Of a stretch of DNA of 50,552 nucleotides, positions 15,317-25,074 are shown one piece after another. Location: positions 1 through 50,552 of IMG/VR virus record IMGVR_UViG_3300031951_000243; one strand, 5' to 3'. Every line of letters begins with the position of its first letter. The first letter of the stretch is position 1. The notes beneath the pieces are model-generated. The model was not told the origin of the DNA. It made no database searches and saw only the letters and a list, made by a program, of their open reading frames with translations. The translations under genes were made by a program, and so were the position numbers. This DNA is from a virus (taxonomy: Duplodnaviria > Caudoviricetes).

Positions 15317-15678
15317 TTTCCAAAGCCGTGCAGACTTTGCTTGACCGCATGAACGAATTCCCAAACGAGTTCGTCGATTCAGAATTTAATATGGCAAACG
15401 ATACGTTTTGCACGGTGTGGGAGCGTACGCGCTGGGCAGGCGCAACCAAGCAGATGTTGGAGGACGATGACCACAATGTGTTCACCAACGAGGAAAGAGA
15501 ATGCTACCTGATGCGGCTACGTGCCATAGTCCGCGCAAAGTTTGATGAGGATGTGTGCAGGGCGTTGTTGGAGGCTCAGGAAAGAAAAGAGTTTTACGCA
15601 AAGCAAATGGAGCTGCCGTTTAGCCCAGATGAGATACAGACCTTCACTCAATGGAAGCTAGGCAGACTAAAACCATGA
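15313..15678 (+). CDS. Hypothetical protein
   Basis: AAGGAG RBS; coupled ORF. Confidence 0.65.
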   Translation: MISKAVQTLLDRMNEFPNEFVDSEFNMANDTFCTVWERTRWAGATKQMLEDDDHNVFTNEERECYLMRLRAIVRAKFDEDVCRALLEAQERKEFYAKQMELPFSPDEIQTFTQWKLGRLKP

Positions 15679-17582
15679 ATTTAATTACAGTGGACTTCGA
15701 GTCCTACTACAGCAAGGAGTTCGGCTTCTCAAAGCTAACAACTGAGGAGTACGTACGGGATGACAGATTTGAAGTGATTGGTGTGGGGATAAAAGAGAAT
15801 GGCGAGGAGACCAAATGGTTCAGCGGGACTCACAATGAAATACAGGCGGTTTTCGGTAACTACAACTGGAAAGATTCTTTCGTCCTCGCACACAACACCG
15901 CGTTTGATGGGGCCATACTGTCGTGGATTTTTGGGATTCGCCCGAAGGGTTGGCTGGACACTCTTTCGATGGCGCGTGCTATTCATGGAGTCAGTGTCGG
16001 CGGTAGTCTCGCGAAGCTGGCGGAACATTACAACGTGGGCGTCAAAGGCGAAGAAGTAATCAACGCGCTGGGGCTGCGTAGGCAAGACTTTCCTGCTGCA
16101 CAACTTGCCCGGTATGGTGAGTACTGCAAGAACGATGTTGACCTGTGCTACGACATCTTCCACCTGATGCTGGGTGCTGGGTTCCCTAAACAAGAACTGA
16201 AGGTGATTGACGCTACGCTGCGAATGTTTATCGAGCCATCGTTGGAGCTGGACTTACCACTACTCGAGCAGCACTTGGAAGAAGTCAAGGCGCGGAAGGA
16301 ACGCTTGCTGGAGGCAGCGGCAGCGGACAAAGACACGCTGATGTCGAACGACAAGTTTGCTGAACTGTTGCTGGGGCTGCGGGTTAAAGAAACAGGGGAG
16401 CCGGTGTTTAAGTCCGCTTCCATGCTGCCCCGCAAGGTTAGTCCGAAGACAGGTAAAGAAGCTTGGGCATTCGCCAAGACTGACGAGGCGTTTAAGGAAT
16501 TGGCAAAGCACCCTGACCCACGGGTGCAAGTGCTGGTGTCCGCTCGGCTGGGGAACAAGACCACGCTGGAGGAGACCCGGACGCAACGCTTCATCGACAT
16601 TGCCAAGCGCGGCAAGTTACCGGTGCCACTTAAATATTACGCAGCCCATACAGGTCGGTGGGGCGGGGATGACAAGGTCAACCTACAGAATCTGCCAAGC
16701 CGAGGAGACAACGCAGGCAAACTGAAGAAGGCAATCTGTGCCCCCAAGGGCTACGTGATGATCGACGCTGACTCCTCGCAGATTGAGGCGCGGACGCTGG
16801 CGTGGCTGGCTGGGCAGGATGATTTGGTCGAGTTCTTCGAAAAGAACAACGCAGAGATTGCTGCCGGGGTGCCGAAAAAGGATATGAAGTATGACCCGTA
16901 CAAGATCATGGCGGCGCAGATTTACAACAAGCAGGTAGACCAGATCGCAGACAACGAACGCTTTGTTGGTAAAACGACAATCCTTGGGGCGGGCTATGGC
17001 ATGGGCGGCGAAAAGTTCCAAGCCCAGCTAAAGACCTTCAACGTGGACATTCCGTTGGATGAATGTAAGCGAATTATCGACGTATACCGGCGCACGTACA
17101 GCAAGATACCGCAGCTATGGCAGGCAGCAAACAGCTCACTGGAGGCCATGCTGAATCGACGTTTTGCTTCCGTTGGGCGGGAAGGCGTGATAAAGTTTGA
17201 CGCAGAAGGGTGTGGCTTTGTCCTCCCAAACGGGCTTCCTTTACGCTACGCAGAGTTACGCAGGGTGTTGGATGCACAGGGGCGGGCGCAGTACGAGTAC
17301 AAGACTCGGATGGGCTTCACCAAGGTGTACGGCGGTAAGGTAGTGGAGAACCTATGCCAAGCACTTGCCCGATGTGTTATTGCAGAACAGATGTTAAAGA
17401 TCGGTAAACGGTACAAAACCGTACTTACCGTGCATGATGCCGTCGCTTGTATTGCACCGAAAGAAGAAGCAGATGTGGCGCAAGCGTATGTTGAGGACTG
17501 TATGCGATGGACACCCGCGTGGGCAACCGGTCTACCGCTCAACTGCGAATCAGGAGTCGCTGAATCCTATGGGGAATGTTAA
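15675..17582 (+). CDS. polA: Family A DNA polymerase with 3'-5' exonuclease domain
   Basis: Exo motifs DFE, AHNxxFD and YCxND; HTGRW and NLQN; motif A DSSQIEAR, motif B RFVGKTTILGAGYG, motif C TVHD. Confidence 0.95.
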   Translation: MNLITVDFESYYSKEFGFSKLTTEEYVRDDRFEVIGVGIKENGEETKWFSGTHNEIQAVFGNYNWKDSFVLAHNTAFDGAILSWIFGIRPKGWLDTLSMARAIHGVSVGGSLAKLAEHYNVGVKGEEVINALGLRRQDFPAAQLARYGEYCKNDVDLCYDIFHLMLGAGFPKQELKVIDATLRMFIEPSLELDLPLLEQHLEEVKARKERLLEAAAADKDTLMSNDKFAELLLGLRVKETGEPVFKSASMLPRKVSPKTGKEAWAFAKTDEAFKELAKHPDPRVQVLVSARLGNKTTLEETRTQRFIDIAKRGKLPVPLKYYAAHTGRWGGDDKVNLQNLPSRGDNAGKLKKAICAPKGYVMIDADSSQIEARTLAWLAGQDDLVEFFEKNNAEIAAGVPKKDMKYDPYKIMAAQIYNKQVDQIADNERFVGKTTILGAGYGMGGEKFQAQLKTFNVDIPLDECKRIIDVYRRTYSKIPQLWQAANSSLEAMLNRRFASVGREGVIKFDAEGCGFVLPNGLPLRYAELRRVLDAQGRAQYEYKTRMGFTKVYGGKVVENLCQALARCVIAEQMLKIGKRYKTVLTVHDAVACIAPKEEADVAQAYVEDCMRWTPAWATGLPLNCESGVAESYGEC

Positions 17583-17787
17583 CGTGCTGACAGAAATGGT
17601 GGACTACAAGAAGGTGTTGGCCTTCATAAATAACGTCTGGGCGAAGTCGCTATGGGCGGTCGTGATGCTCCTGCTGGGGTTGTGGATAGGCTCTGTCCAA
17701 ACTGAAGGGCGTATCGCTGGTGATTGCAAATTCGCTGGTGCGTTCCGTGTGGACATTCAGGCGTTCGCATGCCAGAGAAAAATATGA
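17569..17787 (+). CDS. Small membrane protein
   Basis: Single hydrophobic segment; lies between polymerase and exonuclease; start uncertain. Confidence 0.55.
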   Translation: MGNVNVLTEMVDYKKVLAFINNVWAKSLWAVVMLLLGLWIGSVQTEGRIAGDCKFAGAFRVDIQAFACQRKI

Positions 17788-18452
17788 AGTACACATGGTC
17801 GTATAGCAGCATCAACTTGTTCCAGCAGTGCCCTCAGAAGTACTACCGACTGCGGATAAAAAAGGATATTGTTGAGCCACCACAAGAGCATCTGCTGTAT
17901 GGTACTGCGGTACACACTGCTGCTGAAGAATATGTACGGGACGGCAAAGAGATACCAGCTAAGTATGCATTCATCAAGCCGCAGCTAGATGCGTTGGTAA
18001 AGATTAAAGGCGAGAAGCATTGCGAGTATGAGATGGGGCTGACCAAGAACCTGCAACCTTGCGGGTTCAAGGCGGAAGATGTTTGGTGGCGGGGTATCGC
18101 TGACCTGATTATCATCAACGACGATAAGTGCTTCCTTGTAGATTACAAGACAAGTAAGTCCAGCAAGTATGCGGACACAAAGCAGTTGGAGCTTCTGTCA
18201 CTGGCAATCTTCAAGCACTTTCCGCAAGTGAAGAAGATCAAGGCAGGGCTGTTGTTTTTAGTAGTGAATGACTTCGTCACCCGTGAATACGAGAACGATG
18301 AAGGTAAGGGTAAAGCGTGGCTGCAATGGTTGGATGCAACGCACACGCTGGAGACTTGCATGACAGCAAACGTGTGGAACGCAAAACCGAATTTCACCTG
18401 CAAGAATTTCTGCCCAGTGATTGACTGCATCCATAATGGAAAGGCTCACTGA
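17784..18452 (+). CDS. Cas4-like / RecB-family PD-(D/E)XK exonuclease
   Basis: WSYSS..QCP, GTAVH, RGIADL, VDYKT and C-terminal CxxxCxxxxC. Confidence 0.9.
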   Translation: MKYTWSYSSINLFQQCPQKYYRLRIKKDIVEPPQEHLLYGTAVHTAAEEYVRDGKEIPAKYAFIKPQLDALVKIKGEKHCEYEMGLTKNLQPCGFKAEDVWWRGIADLIIINDDKCFLVDYKTSKSSKYADTKQLELLSLAIFKHFPQVKKIKAGLLFLVVNDFVTREYENDEGKGKAWLQWLDATHTLETCMTANVWNAKPNFTCKNFCPVIDCIHNGKAH

Positions 18453-18453
18453 T

Positions 18454-18708
18454 ATGCCGTACACTAAATCCCCTCGGCCTTACAAGCACGAGTACGAAAT
18501 GCAAAAGAAGCGTGGCGAGAATCCTGATAGGATGGAACGCCAACGTGCCCGTAGAAAGCTAGACAAGGAAGGTGTCAGCCGTAAAGGTAAAGACATTGAC
18601 CACGTCAAGATGTTGAGCAAAGGCGGTAGCAACGCCGATGGAATCAGATTAGTATCACCCTCAAAGAACCGTGCACGTAACGGACACAAGAAGGGCGAAA
18701 AGAAGTAA
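18454..18708 (+). CDS. Small HNH-like endonuclease
   Basis: DIDHxKxLSKGGSN...NRARN. Confidence 0.75.
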   Translation: MPYTKSPRPYKHEYEMQKKRGENPDRMERQRARRKLDKEGVSRKGKDIDHVKMLSKGGSNADGIRLVSPSKNRARNGHKKGEKK

Positions 18709-18794
18709 GTAGTTGTAGTACCGCAGTACACAATTTGAAACGCAGCAGGCTATTGTGAAAATGTCACTTTAGCCTGTTCCCCCTTGGAGCAAGC

Positions 18795-20357
18795 ATGCAA
18801 ATCATCGAAGACAAAGCACTATTACTAAAAGTGCGGCACCCGGAGCGGATCACGGAAGTGATACCGAAAAGCAAAGTACTAAACAACGGCGAGGTGCTGG
18901 TCAAGTGGGGGCTGGAGGAAGCGCAGGTGCTGAAGAATCTGCGCATCAAGAATGTGCCGTCACCCATCATGTCGCACTACCACTGGCCCGGCCTGTACCG
19001 TCCGTTTGATCACCAGAAAGAAACCGCATCATTTTTGACCCTGCACCGGAGGGCATTTTGTTTTAACGAACAGGGCACCGGTAAGACAGGCAGTGTGATC
19101 TGGGCGGCGGACTATCTAATGTCGTTGGGCCACATACGTAGAGTGCTTGTCCTGTGTCCGCTGTCGATCATGCAGTCAGCTTGGCAGAATGATTTGTTCA
19201 GGTTCGCCATGCACCGCACGGTGGCAATTGCCCACAGCCACTCCCGCCAGAAAAGAATCGACGCAGTATGCAGCGATGCGGAGTTCGTCATCTGTAACTT
19301 TGATGGGCTAGACATCATCAAGGACGCGATAAAAGAAAACGAATTTGATCTCATCGTCGTTGATGAAGCCAACGCATACAAAACGGTTTCCACGAAACGG
19401 TGGAAGGTGCTGAACCAAATACTGACACCCAGCACATGGGTCTGGATGATGACGGGCACCCCTGCTTCGCAGTCCCCCACGGACGCATATGGGCTGGCGC
19501 GTATCGTCAACCCATCGTCGGTGCCTAAGTTCTTTGGGTCGTTCCGCGACATGGTGATGCAGAAGATCACAACCTTTAAGTACGTGCCACGCCCACAGGC
19601 AGAGTCCATCGTGCATAACGTACTACAGCCAGCGATCAGGTACACCAAAGAAGAATGCCTTGACCTGCCGGAGATGACGTACACCACCCGTAACATACCG
19701 CTCACCCCTCAGCAGATGAAGTATTACGAGACGCTGCGTAAGCACATGGTGGCGGTCGCTGCCGGGGAAGAGATCACAACAGTCAACGCCGCTGCTAGTC
19801 TGAACAAACTCCTACAACTCTCTTGTGGTGCGGTGTACTCTGATAGTGGAGAGGTCGTTGCGTTCGATGCATCTAATCGCATTGCAGCATTAAAAGAAGT
19901 TATCGATGAAGCTACGCACAAGGTGATCGTATTTGCTCCCTATAAACATAGCATTCATATAATTAGCGAAGAGCTAAAGAAGTCTGGTTATACCTGTGAG
20001 GTAATTAGCGGAGACGTGTCTGTTGGCAAACGCACCGAAATCTTTGCCAAATTCCAAACAGAACCTGACCCAAAAGTTTTGGTAATCCAGCCACAAGCGG
20101 CCTCGCATGGTGTAACCTTAACTGCTGCCAACGTGATTGTGTACTGGTCGCCCGTCATGAGCGTGGAGACCTACCTACAAGCTAACGCACGAACCCACCG
20201 TGCTGGGCAACGCAACCCCTGTACCGTAGTTCACCTGCAAGGCTCCCCCGTAGAGAAACGTATGTACGCCATGCTGGAGGCGAAGATTGATATTCACTCC
20301 CGTGTGGTCGATCTATATAAAAATTTCCTTGATCCTCTTGACAGTGTCAAAGAATAG
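18795..20357 (+). CDS. SNF2-family (SF2) helicase
   Basis: QGTGKT, VVDEA, MTGTP, HGVTLT and QANARTHRAGQ motifs. Confidence 0.92.
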   Translation: MQIIEDKALLLKVRHPERITEVIPKSKVLNNGEVLVKWGLEEAQVLKNLRIKNVPSPIMSHYHWPGLYRPFDHQKETASFLTLHRRAFCFNEQGTGKTGSVIWAADYLMSLGHIRRVLVLCPLSIMQSAWQNDLFRFAMHRTVAIAHSHSRQKRIDAVCSDAEFVICNFDGLDIIKDAIKENEFDLIVVDEANAYKTVSTKRWKVLNQILTPSTWVWMMTGTPASQSPTDAYGLARIVNPSSVPKFFGSFRDMVMQKITTFKYVPRPQAESIVHNVLQPAIRYTKEECLDLPEMTYTTRNIPLTPQQMKYYETLRKHMVAVAAGEEITTVNAAASLNKLLQLSCGAVYSDSGEVVAFDASNRIAALKEVIDEATHKVIVFAPYKHSIHIISEELKKSGYTCEVISGDVSVGKRTEIFAKFQTEPDPKVLVIQPQAASHGVTLTAANVIVYWSPVMSVETYLQANARTHRAGQRNPCTVVHLQGSPVEKRMYAMLEAKIDIHSRVVDLYKNFLDPLDSVKE

Positions 20358-20366
20358 TTCTAATCT
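20338..20366 (+). promoter_or_regulatory. Sigma70-type promoter whose -35 lies in a palindrome
   Basis: TTGACA-N17-TAATCT; TTGACA-G-TGTCAA is a perfect inverted repeat (20338-20350). Confidence 0.55.
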
Positions 20367-20394
20367 GTAGCCGTAGTTACCCTTGGAGATCGAC

Positions 20395-20811
20395 ATGACT
20401 GAAGAAGCACTAGCAGAGGTGCCTGTCATCCCAACTGACAAGCTGGTGAAAGCGTACATTAAGATACGCGATGCCCGTAAGACGTTGGCTGACAAGTACG
20501 AGAAAGAAGACGCTGACCTCAAAGAGTCGCTGGAAGCAATTGAAAGCCAGCTTCTCGAAGCATGCAAAGTGGTCGGTAGTGACAGCTTACGAACACCATT
20601 CGGTACGGTCAGCCGCCGTGTATTAAAACGGTTCTGGACAAACGATTGGCATTCGTTCCACGAGTTCTTGAAGGAGCACGAAGCCTTGGAGTTACTGGAG
20701 AAGCGAATCTCGCAATCCAACATGGCTACGTTTCTTGAAGAAAACCCTGACCTGCATCCGCCGGGTCTAAATGTTGACAGCCGTTACGCGGTTGTTGTTC
20801 GTCGTAAATAA
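20395..20811 (+). CDS. Conserved coiled-coil phage replication-module protein
   Basis: KLVKAYIKIRD...SLRTPFGT...LLEKRISQ...PPGLN; CCCTTGGAG RBS. Confidence 0.75.
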   Translation: MTEEALAEVPVIPTDKLVKAYIKIRDARKTLADKYEKEDADLKESLEAIESQLLEACKVVGSDSLRTPFGTVSRRVLKRFWTNDWHSFHEFLKEHEALELLEKRISQSNMATFLEENPDLHPPGLNVDSRYAVVVRRK

Positions 20812-20822
20812 GGAGAAAGACA

Positions 20823-21707
20823 ATGAGCGAACTTGCTCTATTTAATCAGAATCTTCCAGCACACCTGCGTAACGCGGAGATGGATGAAACAACCAAAGCC
20901 TTGATGGGTAGTGGCGGCGGTGGCAGCAAGCGCATCTCTATCGAGGGCGGCGTTTGGCGCATGATGGTCAACGGCAAGGAAGTTGCACAGAACGAAGACC
21001 GTGCCATGAATGTAGTCATCGTTGCGGCTGCACAGAAAGTCTCGCGTATCTTCTACGCAGGCACCTACAAGAAAGGCGTTATCAGCGCCCCAGATTGCTG
21101 GTCACCTGATGGCGAAGTACCAGATGCCAAGGCCAAGAACCCGCAAAGCAAGTCGTGCGCTACTTGCCCACAGAACGTAAAAGGTTCGGGTAACGGCGAT
21201 ACACGTGCATGCCGCTTCCAGCAGCGTCTGGCTGTGGTATTGGAGAACGATGTTGCTGGTGATGTGTATCAGCTTGCGCTGCCATCCACGTCGATCTTTG
21301 GTGCAGGCGAGAACGGCAAGTGGCCTCTGCAAACCTACGCCAAGATGATCGCAAGCAAGGGTGTGCCTATTACGTCCGTCGTAACAGAGATGCGCTTCGA
21401 CACTAGCAGCTCGACACCGAAGCTGACGTTCAAGCCAGTGCGTTATCTGGAGACGGATGACTTCAATACCGCACTGGAGCAGGGCAAGTCCCCGGCGGCT
21501 ATCAGCGCAATCACCATGACTGTCGCGCAGACCGATGGTGTTAAGGATGACGGCGAGGAGTTCGAACAGAAAGCACCCGCTGCCAAAGTTGAAGCAGCAG
21601 AACCTGCGGAAGTGCCAGAGCCTACTAAACGCGCAAGCAAGAAGGAGGAAGCCCCAGCACCCAAGAAGGACGTAAGCAAAATCCTCGAAGAGTGGGACGA
21701 TGAGTAA
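20823..21707 (+). CDS. Putative ssDNA-binding/annealing protein
   Basis: CWSxDG...CATCPQN..GS...RAC Zn motif; acidic, aromatic C-terminal tail (EEWDDE); located in the replication module. Confidence 0.6.
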   Translation: MSELALFNQNLPAHLRNAEMDETTKALMGSGGGGSKRISIEGGVWRMMVNGKEVAQNEDRAMNVVIVAAAQKVSRIFYAGTYKKGVISAPDCWSPDGEVPDAKAKNPQSKSCATCPQNVKGSGNGDTRACRFQQRLAVVLENDVAGDVYQLALPSTSIFGAGENGKWPLQTYAKMIASKGVPITSVVTEMRFDTSSSTPKLTFKPVRYLETDDFNTALEQGKSPAAISAITMTVAQTDGVKDDGEEFEQKAPAAKVEAAEPAEVPEPTKRASKKEEAPAPKKDVSKILEEWDDE

Positions 21708-21942
21708 CGGGTACGCATCCCGGTTCATTAAAGCTGTGAATTCAGCGGACACTAACAAGCTTGGTGTCCAGCTTGGCAACCTGTGCATAGAAAACGACAT
21801 ACCAGCACAGGACGTGGCGGAGCACTTTGGAGTAACCCGCACCACGATATACAACTGGTTCAAAGGGCTGACGAATGTTCCGCCCATGCATCAGGAAACC
21901 GTTGCCAAGGCTATCAAAGTGCTGCTGGATAAACGGAAATAG
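21700..21942 (+). CDS. XRE-family HTH protein
   Basis: AQDVAEHFGVTRTTIYNWFKG. Confidence 0.85.
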   Translation: MSNGYASRFIKAVNSADTNKLGVQLGNLCIENDIPAQDVAEHFGVTRTTIYNWFKGLTNVPPMHQETVAKAIKVLLDKRK

Positions 21943-21950
21943 CGCAGGTT

Positions 21951-22024
21951 TGGGGGGCTAGGGCGCGCACCCGAAGAGGGTAGTTGCCGTCACTATCCCT
22001 GCCCACCCATTTTTAAAAGACGGC
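21951..22024 (+). promoter_or_regulatory. Structured 5' leader of primase-helicase (candidate cis-regulatory RNA)
   Basis: Outer stem 21951-21958/22001-22009; inner stem 21977-21984/21992-22000; loop GCCGTC complementary to GACGGC at 22019-22024. Confidence 0.5.
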
Positions 22025-22035
22025 TTGGGGCGGCT

Positions 22036-24897
22036 ATGCTTACGAGGACAGACTTCCTGTCTTTAGTTTTACCACCTACGGGGCACTATTGCGTAGTGGG
22101 GCTAAAGAAGGATGCAAAACCAAAACAAATATTCGTGTCGTCAGTAGAGGAGATTGATCTCTATGCGGATGCGCTGGTGCACAAAGGGTACGACGCGTAC
22201 TTTGCACTTGCTTCGTTCACTGAAGACGCGGGACGGACTGCTGCCAATGCAGCACAACTAAATTCTTTCTTTCTCGATCTCGATTGCGGTCTTGGTAAGC
22301 CTTATGCTGACCAAGCGGATGGTATTGCCGCGCTCAAAGAGTTTGTGAAAAAAGTTGGTATGCCGAAGCCAACTGCGATTGTGAACTCCGGACGTGGAGT
22401 GCATGCGTACTGGGTGGTAGAGCAGCCAATCGAGAAAGCCGAGTGGCGTGGGTTAGCGGAGGGTCTCAAGGCACTGTGCACAGCGCACAACCTGCATGCC
22501 GATCCAGCAGTCACCGCTGACGTTGCGCGTATCTTGCGTATACCGAACACGCTGAACTTTAAGAACTCGGATGATCCGTCACCCGTGAAGCTTGTCATGG
22601 CTGGGTCTCGCGTAGGTGTGGAAGCATTACGGGATAAGTTCGTAGTGAACGAGCTGCACATCCCCGGCGAGAAACCGTTTCAGCGGGAGATGGACCCAAC
22701 CACGCTGGCGCTGCTAGGCAACTATCAGTCCAAGTTCAAGACCATTCTGATCAAATCAGTACAAGGAGAAGGCTGTGCTCAGATTGCGCACATTTACCAA
22801 AATCAGGACTCCGTGGAGGAACCGCTATGGAGGGCGGGCTTATCAATTGCTCACCACTGCGCCGACGCAGCAAAAGCCATCCACATTCTCTCGAACAAAC
22901 ATCCGGAATATGATGCGCGTACAACTGAAAAGAAAGCAGCGCAGACCAAAGGTCCATACACTTGCGAGACCTTTAAAAAGCTATCACCTGCGTTATGCGA
23001 GGGCTGTGCGGTCAAGGTTACCTCTCCTATACAAATCGGACGAGAAGTTATCCATCCCGACGAAAATGCGGATGACCCGGTTGTACAGGACGTTGAGCCT
23101 GTTACCCAAGAAGTGCGTCAGTACACGATACCTAAATACCCTTTTCCTTTCTTTCGTGGGAACGTAGGTGGCATCTATTTACAGGTAGAGCCGAAGAAGA
23201 ATAAAGACGGTACGGTGGAGAGCGCGGAAGACATACTAGTTTTTCCGCACGACTTTTATGTTGTGAAGCGACTGCACGATCCTGAAGAAGGCGAGTGCAT
23301 CATGATGCGGCTGCATCTACCAAAAGACGGTGTGCGTGAGTTCATCATGCCGCTGCGGGAAGTTATATCCAAAGACAGATTTATGGGTGAGATTGCCAAA
23401 CATGGAGTGGCACTCATAGGTAAAAAACAGGAGGCAATGATGTTGTACACCACCCGCTGGGTTGAGGAGCTTCAAGCAATCGGCAAAGCTGAGATTGCTC
23501 GAAAGCAGTTTGGTTGGCTGTCAGATAACAGCGCGTTTATTCTGGGCGATAAAGAAGTCCGGCACGATGCTATTGAGTACAGCCCGCCTTCCGCTGCGAC
23601 GCTACCTTTGATACCCGCGTTCGGTGTGCGTGGTGACTTCCACGTGTGGAAAGATGTGGTCAACCATTACCGGCATCCCGGCATGGAGCTTCGTGCATTG
23701 GCACTCTTTATGGGTTTTGGTGGGCCGCTGATGAAGTTCGTGGCAGGCGGTGCGCTGAATGGGTTCCTGCTGAATCTGGTCAGTAAAGAAGGTGGCACCG
23801 GTAAATCAACGCTGCTGCAAGCAATCAATAGCATCTACGGCAACCCTGATGCGCTGATGATGTCCTACAAGGATACGCACAACTTCCGCTTGCAGCGGTT
23901 TGGCAGCATGCAGAACATCACCGCGACGATTGATGAGCTGACCAACATGAAGCCGGAGATGATGTCCGATCTGGTGTACGACATTACGTCAGGTAAGGGC
24001 AAAGGCCGGATGTCCGCCAAAGCTAACGTGGAGCGGGTTAACAATACGACATGGCAGCTACCGGTGGTCTCTTCATCCAACAAGGTGATTCGGGATGCGC
24101 TGCTGTCGATCAAGTCCTTCCCCGAACCGGAACTGCTGCGCATACTGGAGGCAAATTTAGCTATCGATAATTCGCTCGATGCAGTGCAGGCCAAGCAGCA
24201 CTTTGGCAGGCTGCCAAGCAACTACGGACACGCAATCATCCCCTACATCCAACACGTACAAAGTGACTTACCTGCGATGATTGAATTGTTGAATGGTGTG
24301 AACGAAAAGTTAGATCGGGCGGCAGGCATCATGGGCAACGAGCGGTTCTGGTCTGCCGGTATGGCGATTGGCCTGACAGGGGGCATCATCGCGGCTCGGT
24401 TGGGGTTGCACGATATTCCGGTCAAGCCGGTGATGGACTGCGCGGTGCAGTTGATTCAGAACAGCCGCCGCAGTAACAAGGAGTCAATGTTCGACAGTGA
24501 AGATTTCCTTGGCGCGTTCCTACAGCGTCACTTCCACGAGATTCTGGTGATCAACGGGTCGAAGGACAACAAGACCGGGCTGGAGCATGCGCCTATCCGG
24601 GAACCCCGTGGCCCACTAACCGTACGGTATGAGCCAGATACCAAGCTGTTATTTGTGTCGGTGCGCCCGTACCGGGAAGATTGCAGCAAGTATTCGATGA
24701 GCTATGACGGGTCGCTGGAGCCATACCAGAAAGCCGGTGCCTATCTTGGGATGAAGCGTAAGCGGATGTTTGCAGGCACGATTACCAACACTGCGCAGAA
24801 CGTACACGCGCTGGTGTTCGACGCTTCGAAGCTGGACTTTTTTAACGAGGATGTCCTGCTAAATGCTCCGGATTCTATCCCTTCCGATTTCGATTGA
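22036..24897 (+). CDS. Primase-helicase (AEP/RepB-like primase, DUF927-like region, P-loop helicase)
   Basis: FLDLD, NSGRGVHAYW, RILRIP, Cys cluster, Walker A GGTGKST and Walker B TIDE. Confidence 0.9.
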   Translation: MLTRTDFLSLVLPPTGHYCVVGLKKDAKPKQIFVSSVEEIDLYADALVHKGYDAYFALASFTEDAGRTAANAAQLNSFFLDLDCGLGKPYADQADGIAALKEFVKKVGMPKPTAIVNSGRGVHAYWVVEQPIEKAEWRGLAEGLKALCTAHNLHADPAVTADVARILRIPNTLNFKNSDDPSPVKLVMAGSRVGVEALRDKFVVNELHIPGEKPFQREMDPTTLALLGNYQSKFKTILIKSVQGEGCAQIAHIYQNQDSVEEPLWRAGLSIAHHCADAAKAIHILSNKHPEYDARTTEKKAAQTKGPYTCETFKKLSPALCEGCAVKVTSPIQIGREVIHPDENADDPVVQDVEPVTQEVRQYTIPKYPFPFFRGNVGGIYLQVEPKKNKDGTVESAEDILVFPHDFYVVKRLHDPEEGECIMMRLHLPKDGVREFIMPLREVISKDRFMGEIAKHGVALIGKKQEAMMLYTTRWVEELQAIGKAEIARKQFGWLSDNSAFILGDKEVRHDAIEYSPPSAATLPLIPAFGVRGDFHVWKDVVNHYRHPGMELRALALFMGFGGPLMKFVAGGALNGFLLNLVSKEGGTGKSTLLQAINSIYGNPDALMMSYKDTHNFRLQRFGSMQNITATIDELTNMKPEMMSDLVYDITSGKGKGRMSAKANVERVNNTTWQLPVVSSSNKVIRDALLSIKSFPEPELLRILEANLAIDNSLDAVQAKQHFGRLPSNYGHAIIPYIQHVQSDLPAMIELLNGVNEKLDRAAGIMGNERFWSAGMAIGLTGGIIAARLGLHDIPVKPVMDCAVQLIQNSRRSNKESMFDSEDFLGAFLQRHFHEILVINGSKDNKTGLEHAPIREPRGPLTVRYEPDTKLLFVSVRPYREDCSKYSMSYDGSLEPYQKAGAYLGMKRKRMFAGTITNTAQNVHALVFDASKLDFFNEDVLLNAPDSIPSDFD

Positions 24898-25063
24898 CTG
24901 GAAGAACTTCCGCCCGGATACCTCAATCTTCATACCCTGTCTGGATTACCGCCCAGTGCAGGAGTTTGTGGAGGCTGAGGCTACCCGGCTGCGGATGCAG
25001 GTTGTTTGCAAACGGGTAATAGAAAACCGTAAGTACGGATTGCGTGTCTGGAGATTGGCATGA
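24863..25063 (+). CDS. Small conserved hypothetical protein
   Basis: GAGG RBS; SIFIPC...GLRVWR motif. Confidence 0.6.
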   Translation: MLRILSLPISIDWKNFRPDTSIFIPCLDYRPVQEFVEAEATRLRMQVVCKRVIENRKYGLRVWRLA

Positions 25064-25069
25064 TATGCT
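25040..25069 (+). promoter_or_regulatory. Candidate promoter for the small RNA
   Basis: TTGCGT-N18-TATGCT with extended -10 TG; no + strand ORF downstream. Confidence 0.5.
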
Positions 25070-25074
25070 TGGCG

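Noticed and set aside
17784-18452. Cas4-like nuclease as part of the array system
   Set aside because: It lies 7.5 kb away inside the replication module, where such exonucleases are routine in phages.
18745-18777. Hairpin upstream of the helicase RBS as a terminator
   Set aside because: The stem is present but has no U-tract; function cannot be assigned.
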